The notes under the pieces: generated by a model
The model's input: the letters and a program-made list of their open reading frames with translations, nothing else
What the model was told of the DNA's origin: nothing
Databases searched by the model: none
Shown here: one piece after another, positions 1 through 7,967 of the stretch
Numbering within the stretch: position 1 is the first letter of the stretch
Layout: each line of letters starts with the position of its first letter
Position numbers and translations under genes: made by a program
Assembly: GCA_038893995.1 (NCBI GenBank)
Contig: JAWAQK010000037.1
Span: 1-20,104, forward strand
DNA: 20,104 nt
Direction: 5' to 3'
Source: Candidatus Thorarchaeota archaeon
GTDB taxonomy: Archaea > Asgardarchaeota > Thorarchaeia > Thorarchaeales > Thorarchaeaceae

Positions 1-1
1 A

Positions 2-1606
2 GACTACTGCCAGGGTTACGATCTGGTATTGTACGTTTCGTCATCAGGTTTCTACGATGATTCCCTGGATGGTCTTGACAACATCGAGATAGTTGGGAAG
101 AACTGGCAGCTGAACGACATCGTTCCAGAACGTGCTGTGTCGTTCTACTCTCGCAACTACAAGGTCATTGATGCTGCCTGTAATCTCGCAAGGTTACTTC
201 AGGGGGTTCCAGGCAACGAGTCGGTCGCGAGATTCGTTTCTTCACTGAATTCTGAGAAGCTCACAGAAGTTTCGACGATACTGAAGAACTTCACAGAAGA
301 TGGAGAGATCGCAATTGGCGTAGACCCCGACCTTGATCGCTATCGCAACGCATTGAAGGCATTCACAACTGTCGTGTCCGAAACAGAGGCCTGGTTGAAT
401 GACGAGATAAATGAGAGGATCTCCAAGAGCAAGGTGACCCTAGGCGGACAGCAGATCATAAGCATTCTCCAGTCAGCAGACATCGAGGGCGCTGACGGTA
501 GTTCTCTGCGTAACATGCTCCCTCCAGAGATAGTAGAAACCTTCACTAATACTATCCAGGAGGCTGAGGATAGACTTGTGAAGGGGCTTTCACTCACTCC
601 GCGGGAGTCCGAATGGGTGAGCGGTATCTTCAAGGATGACCTGATGTTGCCTGTGACAATGGTTCAGAGTCGAGTCAATGAGATTGAGGACCACATCCGG
701 CAGGTGTTGGTTCTGCGTCAGTACAAGATGATGAAGAAGTATGCTGCACAGCTGGAGGCACTGAAACCAGTTGTCACGGAGGCCGTTCAGACACTTCTGG
801 AGTTCGATCTCTTTCTCGCAGTGGGCCTTTTCGCGGCCGATTATGACCTGAGGACTCCTGACATCTCCCTGGAGTACTCTGGTATTGGCGTGGTCAGAGC
901 ACGAAACCTATTCCTCGTCCAGAGTATGCTTGAGGGGCGACATGGTACGGTTCAGCCAATCGACTACGTTATCGGTAAGACCCCATTCTCGCCCGATGGA
1001 ACGAATGGCGAGAACTGCGCGATACTGTCAGGTGCAAACAGTGGTGGCAAGACCACGACCATACAGACGCTGGCTCAGATCGCAACAATGGCTCAGGCAG
1101 GGTTCCCAGTTCCTGCTGAGAAGGCATACCTCTGTCCATTTGAGGAGATATACTTCTTCTACAAGAGTCGTGGGATGGTCAGTGCAGGAGCATTTGAAAC
1201 CACTCTGAAGCAATTTGCTGACATTGTGGTATCGGACAAGGCAAAACTTGCACTGTTTGACGAGGTTGAGGCTATCACGGAACCAGGTAGCGCCGCCAAC
1301 GTCATCGCGGGACTGATAGAGATGCTACAGGGCGACCCTCATAGCTTTACTGTCATCTGCAGCCACCTCGCAAAGGAGATCAAGGCTGTCACCAGAGTGC
1401 CAATCCGAATTGATGGAATAGAGGCACGTGGCCTTGATGAGAACCTGGATCTCATAGTTGATCGGACACCCAGATTTGGACATCTCGCACGCAGCACTCC
1501 AGAGCTGATTGTGGAACGACTGTCGAAGCTGTCAAGAGGAAACAAGAAGGCGATATTCGACAAGATTCTGGAACATCTGACTAGTGCACGCGCTGCAGGG
1601 CACTGA
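2..1606 (+). CDS. Archaeal MutS-family (MutS2/MutS5-like) ATPase, 5'-truncated
   Basis: The frame is open from position 2 (DYCQGYDLVLY...), so the start lies upstream of the window. C-terminal MutS domain V motifs are present: Walker A LSGANSGGKTT, LAQ...MAQAGFPVPA, SAGAFETTL, Walker B LALFDEVEAITEPG, and CSHL. Confidence 0.85.
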   Translation, partial: DYCQGYDLVLYVSSSGFYDDSLDGLDNIEIVGKNWQLNDIVPERAVSFYSRNYKVIDAACNLARLLQGVPGNESVARFVSSLNSEKLTEVSTILKNFTEDGEIAIGVDPDLDRYRNALKAFTTVVSETEAWLNDEINERISKSKVTLGGQQIISILQSADIEGADGSSLRNMLPPEIVETFTNTIQEAEDRLVKGLSLTPRESEWVSGIFKDDLMLPVTMVQSRVNEIEDHIRQVLVLRQYKMMKKYAAQLEALKPVVTEAVQTLLEFDLFLAVGLFAADYDLRTPDISLEYSGIGVVRARNLFLVQSMLEGRHGTVQPIDYVIGKTPFSPDGTNGENCAILSGANSGGKTTTIQTLAQIATMAQAGFPVPAEKAYLCPFEEIYFFYKSRGMVSAGAFETTLKQFADIVVSDKAKLALFDEVEAITEPGSAANVIAGLIEMLQGDPHSFTVICSHLAKEIKAVTRVPIRIDGIEARGLDENLDLIVDRTPRFGHLARSTPELIVERLSKLSRGNKKAIFDKILEHLTSARAAGH

Positions 1607-1614
1607 ACGAGTTC

Positions 1615-2202
1615 ATGGAGCTGAATACATTGAAGCGAATCTTAGTATTCGGCGATGCACACGTTCCCTCACGTGCAGACTCTATCCCTGCCGGGTTCTA
1701 TCGTCACATCCATGATACCGTCTACGACCTTGCAATCGTGACCGGTGATCTTGTTGATGAATCGCAAATGCGTGCTGTACTGCCTCCTCTTCCTGTGTGT
1801 CATATTGTACAGGGCAACATGGATCACAATACAGACTACAACATGCATGAGGAGCTTACAGTGGAGGGTTTTGCTCTGCTTGCCTTGCACGGCACTCAGT
1901 TGAGCCCCAGGGGCAACATAAGGCAGCTGAATGAGATAGCACATCGCACGGGCTCTGACATAGTGATTCACGGGCACACCCACGTTCCATCAGTTGAACT
2001 CTATGATGCTGTGCTCTTCTTGAATCCTGGAACAATCACGGGTGCGACTGGCGGATGGGGTGGTCGGAAAGATGCCAGTTTCATTGAACTCGAAATATCT
2101 GAGTCCGAAGTCTCAGTCACACTGTTTGTCACGGACTGGACCTCTGAACACAGGAGCGTCACGAAATACAAGAAGGTCGACCGAGGAATAGTGATGGCCT
2201 AG
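1615..2202 (+). CDS. YfcE/Vps29-family metallophosphoesterase
   Basis: Calcineurin-like motifs GDAH, TGD, GNMD, HG, GHTH and NPG. Colinear by eye with eukaryotic Vps29 (GDxHxPxR...P, HIVxG, HGxQxxPxG, NPGxxTGA, SF, terminal YKK). Confidence 0.88.
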   Translation: MELNTLKRILVFGDAHVPSRADSIPAGFYRHIHDTVYDLAIVTGDLVDESQMRAVLPPLPVCHIVQGNMDHNTDYNMHEELTVEGFALLALHGTQLSPRGNIRQLNEIAHRTGSDIVIHGHTHVPSVELYDAVLFLNPGTITGATGGWGGRKDASFIELEISESEVSVTLFVTDWTSEHRSVTKYKKVDRGIVMA

Positions 2203-2208
2203 CCCCCT

Positions 2209-2754
2209 TTATGAGTTGGCCCACGGATCTGGGCTCAGCAACTGCTGATACAGGCTCTTGAGAATCTCGGTGCACTCCCCCATCAATTCTTCCATCTCTG
2301 ACCGCTCCACTCTTCTTCCCAGCACAGCAAATGCTGCCTTCTCGACCTCGCTTTCAGGATCAATGTCTCTCGTGAATCTGACTCGCGAGAAGAAGTACTG
2401 AAGCACTATGACTCTCTTGTCTTTCTGGAGCCCCGAAACATATGAAATGAGTTTGAGTGCAGTTCTTCGAAGACGCTCTGACATATATGACTGGATTTTC
2501 TCTGCCACTTCTCTGTTTCTAGCACATGAGATACCAATGTTGATCATCAGCATGCGCAACCGGTCCAACAATACCCCCGCGTCAGCGCTCTCGAATGGTT
2601 TGCTTCGCATTACTGCCGCCCACTCTGTGTATGCATTGTTGACCTTGATGAGTTCAACGTCATCAATACCCATCCTTCTGCTGTCCTCAGGAGGAACCAA
2701 TGGACACCACACGGTCATCCTATCACGGTCGTCCGGAGATCCGACCATGAGCAT
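2209..2754 (-). CDS. Hypothetical protein, probably helical
   Basis: 181-aa ORF that fills the gap between the phosphoesterase stop and the tRNA promoter region. No motif recognised. The start could be the ATG at 2748. Confidence 0.6.
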   Translation of the reverse strand: MLMVGSPDDRDRMTVWCPLVPPEDSRRMGIDDVELIKVNNAYTEWAAVMRSKPFESADAGVLLDRLRMLMINIGISCARNREVAEKIQSYMSERLRRTALKLISYVSGLQKDKRVIVLQYFFSRVRFTRDIDPESEVEKAAFAVLGRRVERSEMEELMGECTEILKSLYQQLLSPDPWANS

Positions 2755-2895
2755 CGACGCTGGGCAACTGTCTTTTCAGCATTGTCTGTATCTCTATATC
2801 CCGAGTCACTGTCTGGAGTAGTCTTGACGGAGTCATTGACAGATTGCGCTGTCTGGAAAGGCCGTGCTTGTCTTGCCTATTCGAACGACAGCAAC

Positions 2896-2904
2896 GTTAA
2901 TATT
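2896..2904 (+). promoter_or_regulatory. TATA-box-like element of the tRNA-Asn gene
   Basis: GTTAATATT lies about 27-35 nt upstream of the tRNA 5' end in GC-balanced DNA. The same GTTAATAT octamer occurs at 16328-16335. Confidence 0.6.
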
Positions 2905-2930
2905 ACAATCGTGGTGACTGATGCTTCAGT

Positions 2931-3123
2931 GCCGCCGTGGCTCAGTCGGTAGTGTGGTCAGACCAGTTTGGACCCACGCCGATAGCGACAGCCTGTTATC
3001 CCTCGGCGGAAGTCGAGAGCCAGACAGTTGTGGCACGTCACTCATCGTGACGAGCGGCCTATGGTCAGAGGTTCGAGAGACTTCTCTGTGCGGGAAGGTC
3101 CGAATGCCCTCTCGGCGGCGCCA
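2931..3123 (+). tRNA. tRNA-Asn(GUU) with four introns; exons 2931-2952, 2984-2998, 3026-3031, 3062-3077, 3107-3123
   Basis: Joined exons give 76 nt: GCCGCCGTGGCTCAGTCGGTAG-AGCGACAGCCTGTTA-AGTTGT-TGGTCAGAGGTTCGAG-CCCTCTCGGCGGCGCCA. Acceptor stem GCCGCCG/CGGCGGC, D-stem GCTC/GAGC, anticodon stem ACAGC/GTTGT with GTT at 2995-2997, T-stem AGAGG/CCTCT with loop TTCGAGC, discriminator G73, encoded CCA. Intron 3 boundaries are uncertain by 1-2 nt. Confidence 0.92.
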
Positions 3124-3143
3124 TCTTCTGAAATGATAATGTA

Positions 3144-4004
3144 TCAGAACAAGAACTGAAAGATGTTATCAAGGATCATCATTATGACAAATCCTGACAT
3201 AATCCCCCATGTTGCCTCTCTTTCGTGCCCCCCTGAATGGCTCTCGGGTATCATCTCGTCGCCAACGACAAATACCATTGCTCCCGCTGCAAAGGCAAGT
3301 CCGTAGGGCAGCACTGACACCGCAATTGTGACTATTGACACTCCAAGTGCTCCCCCCACTGGTTCTATTAGCCCCGTACCTAGTGCGAGTGCGGCCGCAT
3401 ACCTCTTCGAGTACCCCTCGCGTACCAGAGGGGCTGCTACTGCAAGTCCCTCTGGAATATTCTGCAACCCTATTGCCATGGCCACCGAGAACCCTGTCAC
3501 ATGACCCTCTGTCCCAAATGCAACACCAACCGCCAGTCCCTCTGGGAAGTTATGGATTGCTATTGCGATGACCAAGAGCCATACCCTTGCCATCTTGGAG
3601 CTGGGCCCCTCATGTCCCCTCAGAAGATGGTCGTGAGGCAAGTACTTGTCTGCAAGATGAACGAACAGCCCTCCCACCATGAAGCTTGTTCCCACGACAG
3701 ATAGTACCCCAGTCCAGTCCGTCAATGTTTCAATTGCAGGCATGAGTAGACTGAACGCCGATGCCGCAAGCATGACCCCTGCAGCGAAACCGAGCATTCT
3801 GTCGAGGCTTCTGTCAGTATATTCTCTTCCAAGGAGTACTGGAATTGTTCCAGCCCCTGTCGCGACTCCAGCGAGGAGACTGGCGGTCAATCCGAGCAAG
3901 ATGGCATCGTTCAACACAGAACACCACGGCGATGTCGTCTGCAATGGCCACTCCATATCTTCGGCCAAATGTAGTTGTCGTAACTGCCTTGAGATGAGTT
4001 CCAT
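3144..4004 (-). CDS. ZIP-family (GufA/ZupT-like) divalent metal transporter
   Basis: Motifs LGFAAGVML, IAIHNFPEGLAVGVAF, IGLQNIPEGLAVA, FAAGAMVFVV.DEMIPESH and a His-rich loop. The true start may be the GTG at 3917 or TTG at 3914. Confidence 0.92.
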   Translation of the reverse strand: MELISRQLRQLHLAEDMEWPLQTTSPWCSVLNDAILLGLTASLLAGVATGAGTIPVLLGREYTDRSLDRMLGFAAGVMLAASAFSLLMPAIETLTDWTGVLSVVGTSFMVGGLFVHLADKYLPHDHLLRGHEGPSSKMARVWLLVIAIAIHNFPEGLAVGVAFGTEGHVTGFSVAMAIGLQNIPEGLAVAAPLVREGYSKRYAAALALGTGLIEPVGGALGVSIVTIAVSVLPYGLAFAAGAMVFVVGDEMIPESHSGGHEREATWGIMSGFVIMMILDNIFQFLF

Positions 4005-4031
4005 CTGTTTCTCCGCGTACGCAGGACGTCC

Positions 4032-4802
4032 TCAGACACAGACTCGGTCTGGTGGTCCTGCGTCGACATCGTGATCACGACAGAGCAAGTCCCGAATCTC
4101 ACGAATCACACCAGTCATCGTCGTGATCTCTCGTCCTGTCACGTATGCCCTCCCGATTATGTTCTTGAACACTCTCTTCGCGATTGGTTTTCTGTGAGCC
4201 GGAATGGGGATTCTGTCGATGACATCGGAGAAGAACATGCTCGCCTGATCCTTTTCACTCCTTGTTGCGGGTCTAGCACGTGGGACCTGCATGTTGCCGC
4301 ATATCCCATACCTACGATAGAGGTCATACAGCACCACCGAAACTGCATGGCTGAGATTCATGCTGGGGTACTCGGGTGAGACCGGTATCCTGAATGCAAG
4401 GTCGCACAGTGCAAGTTCCTCATTCGTAAGCCCGCTTCCCTCTCTGCCGAAAACTATTGCGATATCCCCGGAGACTGTTCCCATGTCCGGAATTCTATCC
4501 ATAGGGACGGGCGCCCTCACAACACTGTGCGTGCCGCCGGTTCTAGCGGTCGTGGCCCACGACGCAGGTACACCCTCTAGAGCTGAGTCGAGGCCTGAGA
4601 ATACCTCAGCCCGATCCAAAATCTCACCCGCATGCATTGCAAACTTCTGCGCCTCATCATTGTTCCTCAAGTCCCGCCCCACTATCCTGAGCCTCTTCAC
4701 CCCAAAGTTGGCCATCGCCCTTGCAACAAAGCCCACGTTTCCAGGTGTTTCTGGTTCAACAAGAACTACTATCAGCCTCTGCATCTGGCTCAACTTATCC
4801 AT
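4032..4802 (-). CDS. trmJ: TrmJ/LasT-family SPOUT tRNA 2'-O-methyltransferase (position 32)
   Basis: Motifs VLVEPETPGNVGFVARAMANFG, ATTAR, AIVFGREGSGLTNEEL and IPVSPEYPSMNLSHAV. Confidence 0.88.
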   Translation of the reverse strand: MDKLSQMQRLIVVLVEPETPGNVGFVARAMANFGVKRLRIVGRDLRNNDEAQKFAMHAGEILDRAEVFSGLDSALEGVPASWATTARTGGTHSVVRAPVPMDRIPDMGTVSGDIAIVFGREGSGLTNEELALCDLAFRIPVSPEYPSMNLSHAVSVVLYDLYRRYGICGNMQVPRARPATRSEKDQASMFFSDVIDRIPIPAHRKPIAKRVFKNIIGRAYVTGREITTMTGVIREIRDLLCRDHDVDAGPPDRVCV

Positions 4803-4805
4803 TCC

Positions 4806-5975
4806 TCACTTGTGCAGAAACTGAACAATGTCCCCATCTCGCAGAGGATAGTTCAACCCGACCTGTCTGCGCCTTATCTTGTCATCCTCACGCAATATGA
4901 TCGCTGTTCTGAATCGTTCCACGAAGAGTTCCTTGTGGATCTTCTCAGCGGCATCCTCGACCACCGACCCCTCCGGAAGTACCAGAGGTTTCTCCTCCGG
5001 CTTCTTGCCAGGGACCTTGGTGTAGACTCGTAGGATGTCTAGATGTTCGAACATGGTTTTCCTCATGGCATCGAGGTTCTCCCCCTTTAGAGCCGATATT
5101 GGGACCATATCAAACCTGTCCCCATACTTGTCTCTTAATTCCTGGAACCGTTCAGCGGAGCCAGGCAGGTCCCCCTTTGTAGCAACAATCATTGCTCTCA
5201 CGTACGCCACACTGGAATCGAGTGCATCTACCAGCTGGTCAAAGGTGGCTGGTTTCTGAAATCTCACTATGATATTCAGTATTCTTCTACTCTTCAGATA
5301 CTCAATGATCTCGTCCCTTGTCCCCTGGAAGTTCTGAATCCCATAGATCATGTGTCCTCCTGAGCCTGTCTTCTCTACTCTGACAGCACTCTTCTCCTTG
5401 TTGAGTCGTATTCTCGCGCGATCAAGTTCATTCAGTATGATACGTATCTGAGTTTCAACGTCCTGCGACAGATCAATCACTATCGCGATGCAGTCGGTGT
5501 TTCTCGCAAGGGACAATGACTGTCTTCCGATGCTTGAGTCGTAGCATCCATCAAACAGTCCGGGCAGCTCTACGAGCTGAATGTTGACATCCTCATATGT
5601 CATCATCGCTGGAGTGGGAATTGACGTTGTGAACGGATAGTCTGCTGTAGGAAGATTTGCATTAGTGACTGCGTTGATGAGCGTCGACTTCCCGCTATTT
5701 GTCACGCCCAGCAGGCATATCTGACCGGCCCCCTCCTTTCTTATTGCCTCCTCGGTGCCGCCCCTTCTTGACCTCTCCTGCTCCCGTCTTCTCTCTAGCT
5801 CCGCACGGAGGTGTGCCAGCTTCTTCTTGTAGTCTGATACCATCTTCTTGGCGCCCTTGTGGTCTGGAGCCAGAGAAATCAGCTTCTGCAATTCCACTAT
5901 ACGTTGTTCAAGGTCCTCAGTGTCCTCGTAGATCTGTCTCTGTTTCTCGAACTCGGGAGAAACGTTGGTCGGCAA
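4806..5975 (-). CDS. DRG/Rbg-like OBG-family GTPase with C-terminal TGS domain
   Basis: N-terminus MPTN...PDHKGA; G1 GVTNSGKST; G2 YPFTT; G3 ELPG; G4 TKGD; G5 ISA; TGS region RVYTK...VG..Y.LRDGDIV. TTG start preceded by a GGGGTGTGA SD-like sequence. Confidence 0.92.
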   Translation of the reverse strand: MPTNVSPEFEKQRQIYEDTEDLEQRIVELQKLISLAPDHKGAKKMVSDYKKKLAHLRAELERRREQERSRRGGTEEAIRKEGAGQICLLGVTNSGKSTLINAVTNANLPTADYPFTTSIPTPAMMTYEDVNIQLVELPGLFDGCYDSSIGRQSLSLARNTDCIAIVIDLSQDVETQIRIILNELDRARIRLNKEKSAVRVEKTGSGGHMIYGIQNFQGTRDEIIEYLKSRRILNIIVRFQKPATFDQLVDALDSSVAYVRAMIVATKGDLPGSAERFQELRDKYGDRFDMVPISALKGENLDAMRKTMFEHLDILRVYTKVPGKKPEEKPLVLPEGSVVEDAAEKIHKELFVERFRTAIILREDDKIRRRQVGLNYPLRDGDIVQFLHK

Positions 5976-6035
5976 GGTTGTTCACACCCCACGGGCGAAC
6001 TAGGATGTAGGTCCAACATTGATTATGAACCTTTT

Positions 6036-6629
6036 TCATTCTCCTCTCTTGGTCCTCTGGTCAAACCATCTGTTGATATCCAGGACGAATCTCTCTGGTG
6101 TTCTTCTGCCTGGCACCGGCCTCGCCGTGTGAAACTCTGTGGTTGATGGCGACTCTCCTCTGTAGACGAAGACGCCGTTCGGACGGCAGTCTGGCCATTC
6201 GCTTGCGCTGACTGATCGCGATGCGATGTAGATCGGACGATCCTGCCAGTTGCGATAGAGAGCCCCTTCCAGAATACGAGCGATAACGATCCCGTTGTCA
6301 GTTATGACAGTTTCTCCAACGCCGATGTCCTCCGAGCGTTTCATCGCCTTACTGATGAAGAATGATATTGATCTCTCGTCTGGCGAAACTCTCCTCAGCC
6401 TGTTCCCACCAAGAGTGATCACCACGGCATGCTCGTTGGCTTCGCTGATAACTAGTGAAACCTCGGTATCACGCCTGAGTCCTCCCGATAGGAATAGTCC
6501 GACATTCACTACACGACACAGAGTCACGATCTCGGGACCTAGCGCTCCAGATCTTATTGAATCGAGGCTTGGTCTGTGTCCACTGAATGGAATAACAAAA
6601 CTTCGCATGGTCATCGGCTGCTGTTCCAT
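6036..6629 (-). CDS. trmY: TrmY-like protein (tRNA pseudouridine-54 N1-methyltransferase family) with a divergent C-terminus
   Basis: TrmY signatures LCRVVNVGLFLSGGLRRDT and G..LRRVSPDERSISFFISKAM. Located immediately downstream of srp54. The C-terminal SAM-binding knot motifs are not recognisable. Confidence 0.7.
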   Translation of the reverse strand: MEQQPMTMRSFVIPFSGHRPSLDSIRSGALGPEIVTLCRVVNVGLFLSGGLRRDTEVSLVISEANEHAVVITLGGNRLRRVSPDERSISFFISKAMKRSEDIGVGETVITDNGIVIARILEGALYRNWQDRPIYIASRSVSASEWPDCRPNGVFVYRGESPSTTEFHTARPVPGRRTPERFVLDINRWFDQRTKRGE

Positions 6630-6632
6630 GGA

Positions 6633-7967
6633 TCAGACACCTGCAAACCCTGGGATGTTTGGCATGCCTCTCCGTACACGCTGCTTGCTGAACCTCTTGA
6701 TTGTCTTCTTGAGCTGCTCGTACTGTTTCAGCAGGTTCTTTACGTCGCTCGGTTTCGTTCCCGAACCTCTTGCAATCCGTTCTATTCTGGACGACTTGAT
6801 TATGGCAGGATTATCCAGTTCCTCTCTGGTCATCGAGTTCATTATGACCTCGAAACGTCTGAGGTTCTCTTCTTGAAGTTCGGCGACACCCTCAGGAATA
6901 CTGTACCGTCCAAAGTGTTCTAGTATCTTAGTAAGAGAACCCATCTTCTTGAACTGCTTGAGCTGAGTCATCATGTCACGCAGTGACATTTGACCCTTCA
7001 TCATCCTCTTGGTGACATCCTCATCCAGTTCAATCTCAGCCTCTCTTACCTTCTCGATGAGACCCTTGATATCTGACATTCCAAGAAGGCGGCCAGCGAA
7101 CTTTGTTGGATTGAATGGTTCTATGGCGTCGATCCCCTCTCCCACACCGATGAACTTGATGGGTGCTCCCGTTGCCGCCACAGCTGAGAGTGCCCCACCC
7201 CCTTTTGCCCCACCATCGAGCTTCGTGACAACTATTGAGCCGATGTCTGTGGCGTTTCTGAATGCTGCTGCCTGTCTCCCCGCTTGTTGTCCCAGTGTAC
7301 CATCTATTACTAGCATGATCTCCTGTGGCTTTATTGCCTTTGCAATGTCTTGCATCTCCTTTATCAGCCCGGTCTCGTCACGATGTCTACCTGATGTATC
7401 GACTAGGATTAGCTCAACTCCTCTGTTCTTCATCTCCTCGATGCCCTTCTTGGCAAGCTTTACTGCATCTTTCTCGTTCTCGTTGCCGTAGAAGGGTATG
7501 TTCGTTCTCTCAGCCAACTGCTTCAGCTGGCTGTACGCGCCCGGCCTGAAGTTATCTGCACATACAACGCCGGCCCTTATCCCCCTCTTCTGGTAGTATC
7601 TGGCAATCTTCGCGACAGTAGTGGTCTTCCCCGAACCTTGAATACCGACCAGCATGACAACATTCTGTTTACCTGGTGTCACTACAAGTGGAACGGGTTT
7701 CTCTCCGAGATAGTACGCAAGACTGTCCCAGACTACCTTGATCACATGCTCTCTTCGGGAGATCCCCCTGGGAAGTGTATCATCAAGTGCTTGCTTCTGA
7801 ACTCGTTCTGTTATTGACATCACAAGTGAAACGTCAACATCGGCCTGAAGCAGTGCCCTCTGAAGGTCCCTGACAAGCTGCTTTACGAGTTCTTCGTCCA
7901 CTACACTGGCCCGAAAGAGTCGCTTCAGGGCTGCGTTGAGGGACTTCCCAAGGCCTTCGAGGACCAT
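6633..7967 (-). CDS. srp54: Signal recognition particle protein SRP54
   Basis: ALLQADV, GIQGSGKTTT, DNFRPGAYSQL, DTSGRH, TKLDGGAKGGGALS, and M domain IMNSMT...SRIERIARGSG. Start placed at the ATG of MVLEGLG (7967), which follows a GGTGA SD sequence. Confidence 0.97.
   Translation of the reverse strand: MVLEGLGKSLNAALKRLFRASVVDEELVKQLVRDLQRALLQADVDVSLVMSITERVQKQALDDTLPRGISRREHVIKVVWDSLAYYLGEKPVPLVVTPGKQNVVMLVGIQGSGKTTTVAKIARYYQKRGIRAGVVCADNFRPGAYSQLKQLAERTNIPFYGNENEKDAVKLAKKGIEEMKNRGVELILVDTSGRHRDETGLIKEMQDIAKAIKPQEIMLVIDGTLGQQAGRQAAAFRNATDIGSIVVTKLDGGAKGGGALSAVAATGAPIKFIGVGEGIDAIEPFNPTKFAGRLLGMSDIKGLIEKVREAEIELDEDVTKRMMKGQMSLRDMMTQLKQFKKMGSLTKILEHFGRYSIPEGVAELQEENLRRFEVIMNSMTREELDNPAIIKSSRIERIARGSGTKPSDVKNLLKQYEQLKKTIKRFSKQRVRRGMPNIPGFAGV

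Noticed and set aside
3032-3061. Reading insert 3 as a long variable arm (class II tRNA or tRNA-Sec)
   Set aside because: The GUU anticodon, 7-bp acceptor stem and G73 fit class I tRNA-Asn. The insert is too long for such an arm, and removing it restores exactly 76 nt.
2955-3069. TGGTCAGA occurs in intron 1 (2955-2962) and in exon 4 (3062-3069)
   Set aside because: An 8-nt match is too short to support duplication or intron-origin claims.
2921-3136. 71-aa ORF over the tRNA locus
   Set aside because: The region is fully explained by the intron-containing tRNA, and the peptide has no protein-like features.
3107-3143. tRNA 3' end as an integration site for a mobile element
   Set aside because: No duplicated tRNA end or integrase was seen in the window, and the flanking genes are housekeeping.
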